Part shown: positions 8,358-17,576 of the stretch, one piece after another
Position numbering within the stretch: position 1 is the stretch's first letter
Layout of the letters: each line of letters opens with the position of its first letter
Assembly: GCA_044220955.1 (NCBI GenBank)
Contig: JBGAQA010000075.1
Location: 1-34,545 of the forward strand
Origin: Sandaracinaceae bacterium
GTDB taxonomy: Bacteria; Myxococcota_A; Polyangia; Polyangiales; Sandaracinaceae
DNA: 34,545 nt
Reading direction: 5' to 3'
The notes under the pieces: generated by a model
Database searches by the model: none
What the model saw: the letters and a program-made list of their open reading frames with translations, nothing else
What the model was told of the DNA's origin: nothing
Made by a program: the position numbers and the translations under genes

Positions 8358-9890
8358 ATGACGAAGAAGGTCGCGGTGTTCTGGCCGGGCGACGCGCGCA
8401 GCAAGCCCAACGAGGTCGCCCTCCCGAGCGTGGAGGCGGCGACGCAGCAGCTCGAGGCGGCGCTGAAGAAGCTCGGGCGCACGCCGTACCGCGTCGAGGG
8501 GTTCCTGACCAAGCCGCACGAGTCGATCGCCAAGCTAGGGCCGATCGACGACCCGATGGTCGGCGTCTGCTGCCACTGGTTCTACGGGCCGCACACGTGC
8601 GACGGCGTGGTGAACAAGGACAACCCGCTCCTGCTCGCCTCGAACTTCTCCGGGCAATGGCCGGGGCTCGTGGGCCTGCTCAACACCGGCGCCTGCCTCG
8701 AGTACGTCGACCGCGCGCACTCGCGCATCTGGACCGACGCGCCCGACTGGACGAAGGACACGGCGTTCATGGAGCGCCTCGAGGCGTGGTGCTCGAGCGG
8801 GCGCGTCGCGTACTCGGAGAAAGATCTCCGCGCGCACGCGCCGATCTCCGAGGCGGCCTCGAGCCGCGCGAGACAGGTCGCGGAGAGCTTCCGGAAGAGG
8901 CGCGCGCTGATTCTCATGCTCGGCGACACGTCGATGGGCATGATCAACGGCTACTTCGGTCCGCGCTTGCTCAAGGACGTCGGGTTCGCCGAGCACAAGA
9001 TCGACCAGGCGTGGATCATCGATCGCGGGCGGCGCATCGAGCCGAAGCGCATCGACGACGCGCTGCGCTTGGTGAAGGACGCGGGCGTGACCTTCCACTA
9101 CCAGGAAGAGGTCGGCGGCGAGACGAGCGCGCAGGACTTCACCGAGGAGAGCACGCGCGAGCAGCTGCGGGACTACCTGGTCGCGCTCGATCTCCTGCAG
9201 GAGTACGGGGCCGACTGTCTCGGCTGGCAGTACCAGCTCGGCCTCATCCCGCTCCGTCCCCCCAGCGATTTCGCCGAGGGGCTCCTGAACAGCGCCTGCC
9301 GGCCCGAGAGCGACGGGCATCCGATCGCGACCGCGACGGAAGCGGACCAGGGCAACGTCGTGCCGATGGAGATGCTCAAGCGTCTCTGCGCGAGCAAGGG
9401 CCTGCACGAGGCCGTGATGTTCCACGACGTGCGCTGGGGCGCCCAGCACGACGGGCGCTTCCTCTGGGTGCTCTTGAACTCGGGATCGTGCGGCGCGTAC
9501 GCGTTCAACCACGACCCCAAGACGCTGAAGGGCGTGCACAGCTACCGGCAGCCCTCGATGTACTTCCCGACGCCGGGCGGCACGTTCGCGGGCGAGAGCC
9601 TGCCCGGCGCGATGACGTGGGCGCGCGCGTACGTGAAGGGCGGCAGGCTCTGGATGGACGTCGGCAAGGGCGAGGTCGTGAAGCTCCCGCCCGAGGTGCG
9701 AGATCGCTGGTGGCTCGGCACGACGCGCCAGTGGCCGTTCATGGCCGCCGACATGGGCATCGGCCGCGACACGCTGATGGCGCACTATCTCTCGAACCAC
9801 GTCGCGGTCGCGTACGGCGACGTGTTCGAGGAGATGGTGGCCCTGAGCCACGAGCTCGGCTTCCGCGTCCGCGTGCTCGGCGCCCGATGA
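8358..9890 (+). CDS. L-fucose/D-arabinose isomerase family protein
   Basis: MTKKVAVFWPGD...NFSGQWPGLVGLLN...GWQYQLG...TEADQG...FHDVRWG...SNHVAVAYGD. Sits in a sugar-transporter/kinase context. Confidence 0.75.
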   Translation: MTKKVAVFWPGDARSKPNEVALPSVEAATQQLEAALKKLGRTPYRVEGFLTKPHESIAKLGPIDDPMVGVCCHWFYGPHTCDGVVNKDNPLLLASNFSGQWPGLVGLLNTGACLEYVDRAHSRIWTDAPDWTKDTAFMERLEAWCSSGRVAYSEKDLRAHAPISEAASSRARQVAESFRKRRALILMLGDTSMGMINGYFGPRLLKDVGFAEHKIDQAWIIDRGRRIEPKRIDDALRLVKDAGVTFHYQEEVGGETSAQDFTEESTREQLRDYLVALDLLQEYGADCLGWQYQLGLIPLRPPSDFAEGLLNSACRPESDGHPIATATEADQGNVVPMEMLKRLCASKGLHEAVMFHDVRWGAQHDGRFLWVLLNSGSCGAYAFNHDPKTLKGVHSYRQPSMYFPTPGGTFAGESLPGAMTWARAYVKGGRLWMDVGKGEVVKLPPEVRDRWWLGTTRQWPFMAADMGIGRDTLMAHYLSNHVAVAYGDVFEEMVALSHELGFRVRVLGAR

Positions 9891-10318
9891 GCGCCGAGCA
9901 TCACCGCAAGCTCGAGAACATGTACCGCGGCGCGCCGATCAACGCGCTCTACCAGCCGGCGATCACCATCGGCGACGGGAGCGCGGAGGTCGTCGTCGCG
10001 GTGAAGCCCACCTTCTTCCACGCGGCCGGAGCGCTCCACGGCTCGGTCTACTTCAAGGTGCTCGACGACGCGTGCTTCTTCGCGGTCGCTTCGAAGGTCG
10101 AGGACGCGTTCGTCGTCACCGCGAGCTTCACGACGTACATCACGAGGCCGGTGACCGGCGGCACGCTGACCGCGCGGGGACGCGCCGTGCACGTCGGCAA
10201 GACGCTCTTCCTCGCCGAGGCCGTCGTCACGGACGACGCAGGCGCCGAGGTCGCGCGCGGCAACGGCTCGTTCATGCGGAGCAAGATCACGCTGGGCCCC
10301 GAGCTCGGGTACCGCTGA
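9887..10318 (+). CDS. PaaI-family (hotdog fold) thioesterase
   Basis: FFHAAGALHGSVYFKVLDDA...VVTASF...RPV...ARGNGSF. ATGA overlap with the isomerase stop. Confidence 0.88.
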   Translation: MSAEHHRKLENMYRGAPINALYQPAITIGDGSAEVVVAVKPTFFHAAGALHGSVYFKVLDDACFFAVASKVEDAFVVTASFTTYITRPVTGGTLTARGRAVHVGKTLFLAEAVVTDDAGAEVARGNGSFMRSKITLGPELGYR

Positions 10319-10353
10319 GGGCCGCGACGAACGGCGTGAGCTATCCTCGACAC

Positions 10354-10827
10354 GTGGACGTCGAGGCCTTCGAGGAAGCAGAGTTCTACCGCGCGCTCGC
10401 GAACAGCGGCGCGCGCGTGCTCCTCATCGGCCGCCGCGCGGTCATCGCATGGGGCATCCCCGTGAGCACCGCCGACTACGACCTCTGGACGCGCAGCGAG
10501 GACGCGGAGCTCGTGAACGCCGCCGTCGCGCCGCTCGACATGGTCCCGAACCGCACACCCGAGGAGGCACGCAAGGTTGGTCGGTACGTGCTCGAGAACG
10601 GGGAGCGCGTCGACGTCCTGATCGCGCGCTCGGTCCCGACGATCGACGGAATCCGCGTCGAGTTCCACGACGTGTGGCAGCGACGCGAGGAGCTCGTCGT
10701 CGCGGCTGGCGTCCGGATCGCGGTGCCGTGCATCGACGACCTCATCCTGACGAAGCGCTTCGGCGCACGACCGAAGGACGCAGAGGACATCCGGCTGTTG
10801 CGAGCGCTCAAGGAGGCACGCAAGTGA
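10354..10827 (+). CDS. Pol-beta superfamily nucleotidyltransferase (AbiEii/MenT/DUF6036-like)
   Basis: VLLIGRRA...G...TADYDLW, VDVL, DLILTK...[11 protein letters not shown] start lies 6 nt after TATCCT. Confidence 0.75.
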   Translation: MDVEAFEEAEFYRALANSGARVLLIGRRAVIAWGIPVSTADYDLWTRSEDAELVNAAVAPLDMVPNRTPEEARKVGRYVLENGERVDVLIARSVPTIDGIRVEFHDVWQRREELVVAAGVRIAVPCIDDLILTKRFGARPKDAEDIRLLRALKEARK

Positions 10828-11078
10828 CCACGCGCGCGCACGCGGACGCGGACGCGATCCAGCGCGTCGAGGGGCTCGCGCAGCGGCGCCTGAGCGCGGA
10901 CGAGTTTCGGGCGTGGGCCGACGGCGAGATCGCGCCGGACGAGATGGCCGAGATGATCTCCCTCATTCGCTGGTTCCTGCGACGCTATCCCACGCCCGCC
11001 GATCGCCTTCGGTCGGCGCGGCGACGGCATGCCCAGACGGCACGGACCATCGCCAGCTCGCGCGGCCCGGCGGAGTAG
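10824..11078 (+). CDS. Small helical hypothetical protein coupled to the nucleotidyltransferase (candidate antitoxin/partner)
   Basis: AGGAGG RBS at 10811-10816, GTGA overlap, 84 aa, ...[21 protein letters not shown]. Confidence 0.7.
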   Translation: MTTRAHADADAIQRVEGLAQRRLSADEFRAWADGEIAPDEMAEMISLIRWFLRRYPTPADRLRSARRRHAQTARTIASSRGPAE

Positions 11079-11119
11079 CGACCTCGACCTCGCTCGCGCG
11101 CTCGTGTCTACTCGCCCGC

Positions 11120-12745
11120 ATGAGCGTGCAGCGCCTCTATCTCGGCATCGACGTGGGCACCGCGAGCGCGCGGGCCGGGCTCTTCGACCGGACCGGAGCG
11201 CGCCGCGGGATCGGCTCGGCGCCCTTCCCTCTCTGGCGACCGGCGCCGGACTTCGTGCAGCAGTCGTCGGCGGCGATCTGGCAGAGCGTGTGCGACGCGA
11301 CGCGCGCCGCGATGAAGGAGGCCAGCGCGGCCCCCTCCGACGTCGTCGGGATCGGCTTCGATGCGACGTGCTCGCTCGTCGTGATGGACGCGCAGGGCGC
11401 GCCTGTGACCGTCTCGCCGGACGGCGCCGCCGATCAGGACGTGATCGTGTGGATGGATCACCGCGCGATCGATCAGACGGAACGCATCAACGCCACGAAG
11501 CACGCGGTGCTGCGCTACGTCGGCGGCACGATGTCGCCCGAGATGGAGCCGCCGAAGCTGCTCTGGCTCAAGGACAAGCTCCCCGCCTCCTGGGCGCGGG
11601 CGGCGCGCTTCTTCGATCTCCCCGACTGGCTGCTCTGGCGCGCGAGCGGCGCCGACGTGCGCTCGCTCTGCACGACCGTGTGCAAGTGGACCTACCTCGG
11701 GCACGAGGCGCGCTGGGACGACTCGTTCTTCGCCCGTGTGGGCCTGGCGGATCTCGACCACGGCAAGATCGGCCGCGTCGTGCGGCCGATGGGCGAGCGC
11801 GCGGGCGCTCTCACCGAGCGCGCGGCGATGGAGCTCGGCCTGGCGCCCGGCGTCGCGTGCGCCGTGGCGATCATCGACGCGCACGCGGGAGGGCTCGGGC
11901 TTCTCGGCGCGGGCGCGTCCTCGCTCTCGCCCGAGGTGCTCGAGACGCGCCTCGCGCTCATCGGCGGCACCTCCACCTGCCACATGGCGGTGAGCAAGGA
12001 GCCGAGGTTCATCGACGGCATCTGGGGGCCGTACTTCTCGGCGATGGTGCCGGGGCTCTGGCTGACCGAGGGCGGCCAGTCGGCGACCGGAGCGCTGATC
12101 GACCACGTGATCGACTCCCACGCGCGCGCCGCGGAGCTGCACGCCGAGGCGAAGGCGACGGGCACGAGCGTCTACGCGCTCCTCAACGCGCGCCTCGACG
12201 CGCTCGCCTCCGGCCTCGCCTTCCCGGCGGCGCTCACGCGCGAGCTGCACGTCGGCCCCGACTTCCACGGCAACCGCTCGCCGCGGGCCGATCCGACGCT
12301 GCGCGGGATGATCAGCGGGCTCACGCTCGATTCCTCGGTCGACGCGCTCGCGCTCCTCTATCTCTCGACCGTCCAGGCCATCGCGCACGGCACGCGGCAC
12401 GTCGTCGACGCGATGAACGCCGCGGGCTACCGCATCGACACCATGATCGCCTGCGGCGGCGACACGAAGAACCCCGTGTTCCTCCGCGAGCACGCCGACG
12501 CGACCGGCACGCGCATCGTGCTCCCGCGCGAGAAGGAGGCCGTGCTCCTCGGCGCCTCGATGCTCGGCGCGGTCGCGAGCGGCGACGTCCTGGACCTCAC
12601 GACGGCGATGGCCTCGATGAACGCGGCCGAGCGGACGCTCGAGCCTGGCGGCGCGGCCGTACGCGCGTTCCACGAGCAGAAGCACCGCCTCTACCACCGG
12701 ATGCACGCCGACCAGCTCGCCTACCGGGACCTGATGCGGACCTGA
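11120..12745 (+). CDS. FGGY-family pentulose kinase (D-ribulokinase-like)
   Basis: [73 protein letters not shown]. Confidence 0.92.
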   Translation: MSVQRLYLGIDVGTASARAGLFDRTGARRGIGSAPFPLWRPAPDFVQQSSAAIWQSVCDATRAAMKEASAAPSDVVGIGFDATCSLVVMDAQGAPVTVSPDGAADQDVIVWMDHRAIDQTERINATKHAVLRYVGGTMSPEMEPPKLLWLKDKLPASWARAARFFDLPDWLLWRASGADVRSLCTTVCKWTYLGHEARWDDSFFARVGLADLDHGKIGRVVRPMGERAGALTERAAMELGLAPGVACAVAIIDAHAGGLGLLGAGASSLSPEVLETRLALIGGTSTCHMAVSKEPRFIDGIWGPYFSAMVPGLWLTEGGQSATGALIDHVIDSHARAAELHAEAKATGTSVYALLNARLDALASGLAFPAALTRELHVGPDFHGNRSPRADPTLRGMISGLTLDSSVDALALLYLSTVQAIAHGTRHVVDAMNAAGYRIDTMIACGGDTKNPVFLREHADATGTRIVLPREKEAVLLGASMLGAVASGDVLDLTTAMASMNAAERTLEPGGAAVRAFHEQKHRLYHRMHADQLAYRDLMRT

Positions 12746-12756
12746 CGTCCCCGCGC

Positions 12757-12785
12757 TTGACGACCTCGGGAGCCCGCGCTACCAA
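12757..12785 (+). promoter_or_regulatory. sigma70-type promoter for tRNA-Gly
   Basis: TTGACG (12757-12762), 17 bp spacer, TACCAA (12780-12785); the tRNA starts at 12799. Confidence 0.65.
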
Positions 12786-12798
12786 CGCCGTCCACTCT

Positions 12799-12873
<75 letters not shown>

Positions 12874-12888
12874 TCGAATCCTCCTAGA

Positions 12889-12927
12889 AAACGGCCCGTT
12901 CCGCGCTCGCAGCCGGACGGGCCGTTT
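12889..12927 (+). terminator. Hairpin terminator downstream of the intact tRNA (inside the islet)
   Basis: AAACGGCCCGT(T)CCG...CGGACGGGCCGTTT. Confidence 0.7.
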
Positions 12928-13069
12928 CGGTTCCGTCGGCGACGATCCCCACCTCGGCGACGTGGCCGAGTGCAACCCGCCCCGGGTTGCATTCAGCGCC
13001 GACGCGGCGCGGGCTCTTGCGGGCCGGCCGACGCGCGTGAGACACCGATCAGGACACGCGGAGGTGAAC

Positions 13070-16000
13070 ATGCGCGGTCATCTGGTTCGTCTCGTGCTGT
13101 TCGCGCTCACGCTCGCAGGCTGCGCGGACCAGAACGTCCAGGCGAACGCGCAGAACATCTACGGGTTCCCGTTCGACGGAGGCCTGCTCGTGCCGGACGA
13201 GGCGGACGCCGGCCTGGCCTCGGAAGCGCAGGCGCGGCGTGACGCCGTCGTCCGCATCGTCGGGCCGCTCGATGCGGCGGGGAGAAGCCATTGCGGGGGT
13301 ATCCTGGTCTCGCCACGCGTCGTGCTCACCGCTGCCCACTGCCCGTTCGTGGCAGGGTTCGCGAGCGCCGCGCCGATCTACCTCGATTCAGTCGCGTTCG
13401 GAAGAGACTGGGCGACCGCCGGCCAGAGCGCGCAGGTGGTCGGATGCTTCATCCCCGACGGCGCCGTGCTCGGTCAAGAGCACACGCGCTGCGGGGATCC
13501 GTTGCTCAACTTCACGCCGGACGGCGACACCGTCGGCCGCCCCTTCGTCACGAGCCTCGACTGGGCGGTCCTCGTGCTCGATCGACGTGTCGACGGCCCG
13601 AGCCACGGCACGACGATCGTGGCGACGCCGGCATCAAGGGCGCTCTCGCCGTTCGATCCGACCAACCCGAGGCCCGTCGTCATGGGCACGCCTATCACGT
13701 GGTCGAGCGCGTTCCACGTCGGCACCCCCGGCATCGACGCCGGCGCCAGCGCGGACTCTGGCGTCGGCCCAGGCTTGGAGATCGATCCGAGCGTGGGGCG
13801 GGTCTTCGCGACGCTCACGTTCGGCGCCGTCGGGCCGGATCCAAGGATCGAGCTCGCAGGCTCTGGCGACTTCACGCACTTCGTCGACACGCCCGAGTCG
13901 GAGTTCCTCTCTGTCCTGACTGGTGACTCGGGCTCGCCCTTCTACGCACGGAACCCCGATCTCGAGCCCATCGAGCTCGTCGCGCTGACCTCGCGCGCTG
14001 GCGGCACAGTGCTCCCCGGCGTGGATGCAGGCACCTCGATCGGCCCGGGCTTCGACGCAGGCGTCGGCGTGCAGATGAACCCGAACATCGAGGCCAACCG
14101 CCCCGTCTGGGATCCCGCGGTACGCGACTTCCTCGCGCGCTTCCTCGACTGCGACACGCACGAGTGCGTGATCGATGTCGAGCGCGGCTACCGCGTGTAC
14201 GTCGGGCCCGCCGATCCGAGCCTCGACGACCCCGACGGCGACGGCCTCCGCGACACGGCGATCGGCGGCGCCGCGCCGCACGACGTGTGCCCGGGCGTCC
14301 CCGACCCCGACCAGCGTGATCGCGACCACGACGGCGTCGGGGACGCATGCGATGCTTGTCCAGACGCGTACGACCCGCTGCAGAACAACTGCAACGAGGA
14401 CGCCGAGCGTGCGGCGCTCGGCTGCGCGGCGAGCGGGCCGTGCGTCGGCATGCGCGGCGACCTCTGCGATCCGACCCCCTGCGGCCTCACCGAGCCGCGC
14501 ACGACGCCGAGCGGTGACCCCACGACCCTGCCGACGTTGCGAACCACTCGCCTGGTCGTCGATGGACGCCAAAGCGATGCGCCGCCGAGCGTGGAGGGGG
14601 CCACGGGCTTCCGGTTCTGTCCATGCGAGATCGCGAGCGCCGGGACCGTTACCGAGCGACGTGTATGCGCTACCGGCACCGCGACCACCGCATGTCGAGT
14701 CAACCAGACCACCACGTACCGGACGACCGCGCAACTCGGTGCTCCAGAGGACAGCGCGTGGCGTTGGATCACGACCAGTCGGGACACGACGTCGGGCACT
14801 CCGGGTCCGACCCCAACTCGGCGTACGCGCTACGCCGTGCAGTACGAGCCGGTCCCGGCGCTGACGCCCGACGTCCTGGATGCCGACGCCTCCTTCACTC
14901 ACTGCCTGCAGAGCACCAGCGCCACCTCGTGTGCCGCGACCGACCTCTCGCGATGGAGTAGTGCGTTCGCGGGCTCCTATCCGATCGCTCCATCCGCGGC
15001 CGGGGTGCTCCACGGCGTCTTGTGGACCCACACGAGCACGCTCGGAACCGTCACGACGCTCGCCACGCAGTCGTGCGACGGCGCGAGTTGCTGCCAGGAT
15101 GGCGACTGCAGCAGCGCGTGCGCCGGCAGCGTCGCGTGCCCGAACGCCCCGGTTCCCTTCGCCGAGGAGCGCGCGAGCCACTACTGGAGCGGCCTGGTCC
15201 CCGACGCCACGACGATCGTCATCCCGGGGACGGCACCGCCGCCGTGGGTGAGCGTCATCGGCCCGATCGTCGGCGATGCCGCCTGTCCCTACTGCGCCGG
15301 GTTCTTCCCCGAGATCGGTGTCGGCTGGTCCGGGCTCCGCGCGCTCCCGCCCTTCACGCAGGTCGATCACAGCAGCATCGCGCTGGCCATCGGGGCCTAT
15401 CGCGTACCCGTGGCGTCGTTCGGCCTCGCGCTCTTCGATCCGACCATCTTCGAGGGAGAAGGACTCCGCTGGACGTCCGTCGCCGAGCCGACCGAGTGGC
15501 TCGAGCCGACCGGCGTGCGCTTCGTGTCGCTCGACGCGAGCAACGCGGTCCAGTCCGTCGTCATCGCCGGTCAGGGCGCCCTGACACGCGTCGATGCGCA
15601 ATGCCCCAACTGCCAGTGCCCGCCAGGCCAGTGCCAAGGGCCGTTCCTCGCGCTCGCCCAATCCGCACCGCCTCCCGTCCTGCCGAGCGCTGGCTACGTG
15701 CTCGCGGCACGGCGGCGTGCGCTGTACGTGATCGGCGGCGACGGGTCCGCGGGCCCGGTCTCGTCGATCAGCGCGTTCTCGACCGATGCGCTCTCGTGGA
15801 GCGCGCTGCCTGACTCGTCCCTGCCGCTCGGGCACGTCCTCGCCTCGACGTACTCCGCCGAGGACGACACGCTCTACGTGCTCGACGAGCGCACGGTGCA
15901 CCACATGCGCTTCGCACGGCTCCTCGGCATCGAGGTGAGCTCGTCCCAGGCCCACACAATCGCGGAGTGGCGCCGCCTGACGTCCAACGATCGGTTCCAG

Positions 16001-16255
16001 CTCACCGCGGGCGCCGGCCATCGGCTCTACGTCGCCGCGTCGCTCGGCTCCGCCCTCCACGTGGTCGTCGCGCTCGACCGAGACGGCACGCCGCGCGGGC
16101 TCGCAGGCGGACTCGGAGGGCTGACCGACGCGCCGATTCACGCGAGCGCGATCGGGCTCACGCTCGTCGTGACCGGCGTGCGGGGTCCACATCCGATCGG
16201 CTACGAGTGGCGGCAGTTCATCAGCGGCTCGCGGATGATCGAGCGCTGCTTCTGA
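13070..16255 (+). CDS. Large lipoprotein: trypsin-like (S1) serine protease, thrombospondin type-3-like Ca-binding repeats, Cys-rich region, C-terminal propeller-like region
   Basis: GGAGG RBS, lipobox LAGC. Triad motifs CGGILVSPRVVLTAAHC, DWAVLVLD, GDSGSP. DPDGDG...CPGVPDPDQRDRDHDGVGDACDACPDAYDPLQ. Kelch-like LYVIGG. Confidence 0.88.
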   Translation: MRGHLVRLVLFALTLAGCADQNVQANAQNIYGFPFDGGLLVPDEADAGLASEAQARRDAVVRIVGPLDAAGRSHCGGILVSPRVVLTAAHCPFVAGFASAAPIYLDSVAFGRDWATAGQSAQVVGCFIPDGAVLGQEHTRCGDPLLNFTPDGDTVGRPFVTSLDWAVLVLDRRVDGPSHGTTIVATPASRALSPFDPTNPRPVVMGTPITWSSAFHVGTPGIDAGASADSGVGPGLEIDPSVGRVFATLTFGAVGPDPRIELAGSGDFTHFVDTPESEFLSVLTGDSGSPFYARNPDLEPIELVALTSRAGGTVLPGVDAGTSIGPGFDAGVGVQMNPNIEANRPVWDPAVRDFLARFLDCDTHECVIDVERGYRVYVGPADPSLDDPDGDGLRDTAIGGAAPHDVCPGVPDPDQRDRDHDGVGDACDACPDAYDPLQNNCNEDAERAALGCAASGPCVGMRGDLCDPTPCGLTEPRTTPSGDPTTLPTLRTTRLVVDGRQSDAPPSVEGATGFRFCPCEIASAGTVTERRVCATGTATTACRVNQTTTYRTTAQLGAPEDSAWRWITTSRDTTSGTPGPTPTRRTRYAVQYEPVPALTPDVLDADASFTHCLQSTSATSCAATDLSRWSSAFAGSYPIAPSAAGVLHGVLWTHTSTLGTVTTLATQSCDGASCCQDGDCSSACAGSVACPNAPVPFAEERASHYWSGLVPDATTIVIPGTAPPPWVSVIGPIVGDAACPYCAGFFPEIGVGWSGLRALPPFTQVDHSSIALAIGAYRVPVASFGLALFDPTIFEGEGLRWTSVAEPTEWLEPTGVRFVSLDASNAVQSVVIAGQGALTRVDAQCPNCQCPPGQCQGPFLALAQSAPPPVLPSAGYVLAARRRALYVIGGDGSAGPVSSISAFSTDALSWSALPDSSLPLGHVLASTYSAEDDTLYVLDERTVHHMRFARLLGIEVSSSQAHTIAEWRRLTSNDRFQLTAGAGHRLYVAASLGSALHVVVALDRDGTPRGLAGGLGGLTDAPIHASAIGLTLVVTGVRGPHPIGYEWRQFISGSRMIERCF

Positions 16256-16262
16256 GGGCGCC

Positions 16263-17576
16263 GTGCAACCCGCACGTCCGCTCATCCTGGTCGTCGCGCT
16301 GGCCGCGTGGGTTTCCTGCGACACGCCGGTCGCGCCCGGTGATGGCGGGCCTGATGCAGCCGCTGCGGACGCGGCTCCGGATGTCGGTCCGCACGACGTG
16401 GGACCGTCGGACAGTGGCACGGCCGACCCGGAGTGGGTCTCGATCGCAGTGGGGCTCCCCGACTTCTGCCGGCTCGAGCGGGCAAACCATCCCGAGCGCC
16501 TCGATCAGCTCCGAGTGCGGTTCTCGCCCTGCAGCTCGCGCAGCAACTGTCAGGTCTCGAGCGTGATCGAGAGTGGCGACTGGTATGGCTCCGACGGGAC
16601 GTACGCCGTCGGTACGGTGACGCCTGACGACTGGACCTGGATCTTCGTCTCACCCACGGATGGTGGGCCACCGATCGCAGCGTATCGTGGTGGAACCCGT
16701 GCAGATCCGATGTTCTGCGGACTTGGCTTCGGAGCGATTGGCGGCGGTCGCTTCGCCATGGGGACTTCGTACAGCAGTGGCGGCGTCGAGGGCGCGAGCT
16801 TCTTCGTGGCGCCACTCTCCGATGCGGGTCGCATCGATCGCGCGTTCCTGGATGATCGCACGCATTTCCGTGGCGCGGCCTTCGTGCAGGGCCTCTTCGT
16901 GAGCGACACAGCGCTCGTCGCGTGGGACTCGGCGGGTTTCTTCGTCGACCTCTCCACGGGGAGTTTCATTCGACTCTACGACTCCGCGGGAATGGCCGGA
17001 GCCGTGGAGGACGACCCGAGCGTGGTCGGCAATGCAGTCATGTTCGTCAACTACGAAACGAGCTCGTCGGCAGGCTACATCGTGCTCGGGCACGCAGGCG
17101 TGCCGGGCGGCTATGCCCTGTACCGCGCTCCAACGGGCGTGGACATCGCACGACCCGTCACCGACGGGATCGACGTCGGGTGGGCGCAGTTCCCGCTGGG
17201 CTCGACGACGACCCCGCCCGAGCTGTGGACCGCGCGCTTCGTCGAGGACCCGACCGCCTTCGCTCCTACCTTCGTCCGCGTCATCGACACCGTCTACCAC
17301 CCCCGAGTGGGGGATGGCCTCTGGGTCGACTTCGACGATGGGCCCAACCGCTTCGAGATCATCGACCTGCACGGTGGTGGCCGGAGAACGTATGCGATGC
17401 CGGACGACATCGCGGGCCGACAGCTACTCCACGTCTCGTCGCACCGCGTGCTGTACAACGTCGGCTCGCAGCTCGTGCAGTTCGACCCGAGCCTCTTGCC
17501 CTACGACGATGAGCCCGATGCTGGCACGGACGCGAGCATCGACGATGCAGGGGTCGACGCGGGCGACGCGGGATGA
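16263..17576 (+). CDS. Hypothetical secreted/lipoprotein, beta-rich, with Asp-Ala-Gly linkers at both ends
   Basis: Hydrophobic N-terminus ending WVSC; DGGPDAAAADAAPD linker; C-terminal DAGTDASIDDAGVDAGDAG. Starts 7 nt after the protease stop. Confidence 0.8.
   Translation: MQPARPLILVVALAAWVSCDTPVAPGDGGPDAAAADAAPDVGPHDVGPSDSGTADPEWVSIAVGLPDFCRLERANHPERLDQLRVRFSPCSSRSNCQVSSVIESGDWYGSDGTYAVGTVTPDDWTWIFVSPTDGGPPIAAYRGGTRADPMFCGLGFGAIGGGRFAMGTSYSSGGVEGASFFVAPLSDAGRIDRAFLDDRTHFRGAAFVQGLFVSDTALVAWDSAGFFVDLSTGSFIRLYDSAGMAGAVEDDPSVVGNAVMFVNYETSSSAGYIVLGHAGVPGGYALYRAPTGVDIARPVTDGIDVGWAQFPLGSTTTPPELWTARFVEDPTAFAPTFVRVIDTVYHPRVGDGLWVDFDDGPNRFEIIDLHGGGRRTYAMPDDIAGRQLLHVSSHRVLYNVGSQLVQFDPSLLPYDDEPDAGTDASIDDAGVDAGDAG

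Noticed and set aside
7245..9890. 881-aa ORF as a single fusion protein
   Set aside because: It joins an out-of-frame overlap with the ATPase, a frameshifted ORF and the isomerase, which has its own start at 8358.
12956..13000. Additional tRNA starting GGCGACGTGGCCGAGTG
   Set aside because: No T arm or complementary acceptor strand; it cannot form a cloverleaf.
13005..13020. sigma54 promoter before the protease gene
   Set aside because: The GG to GC spacing is 11 nt rather than the required 10.
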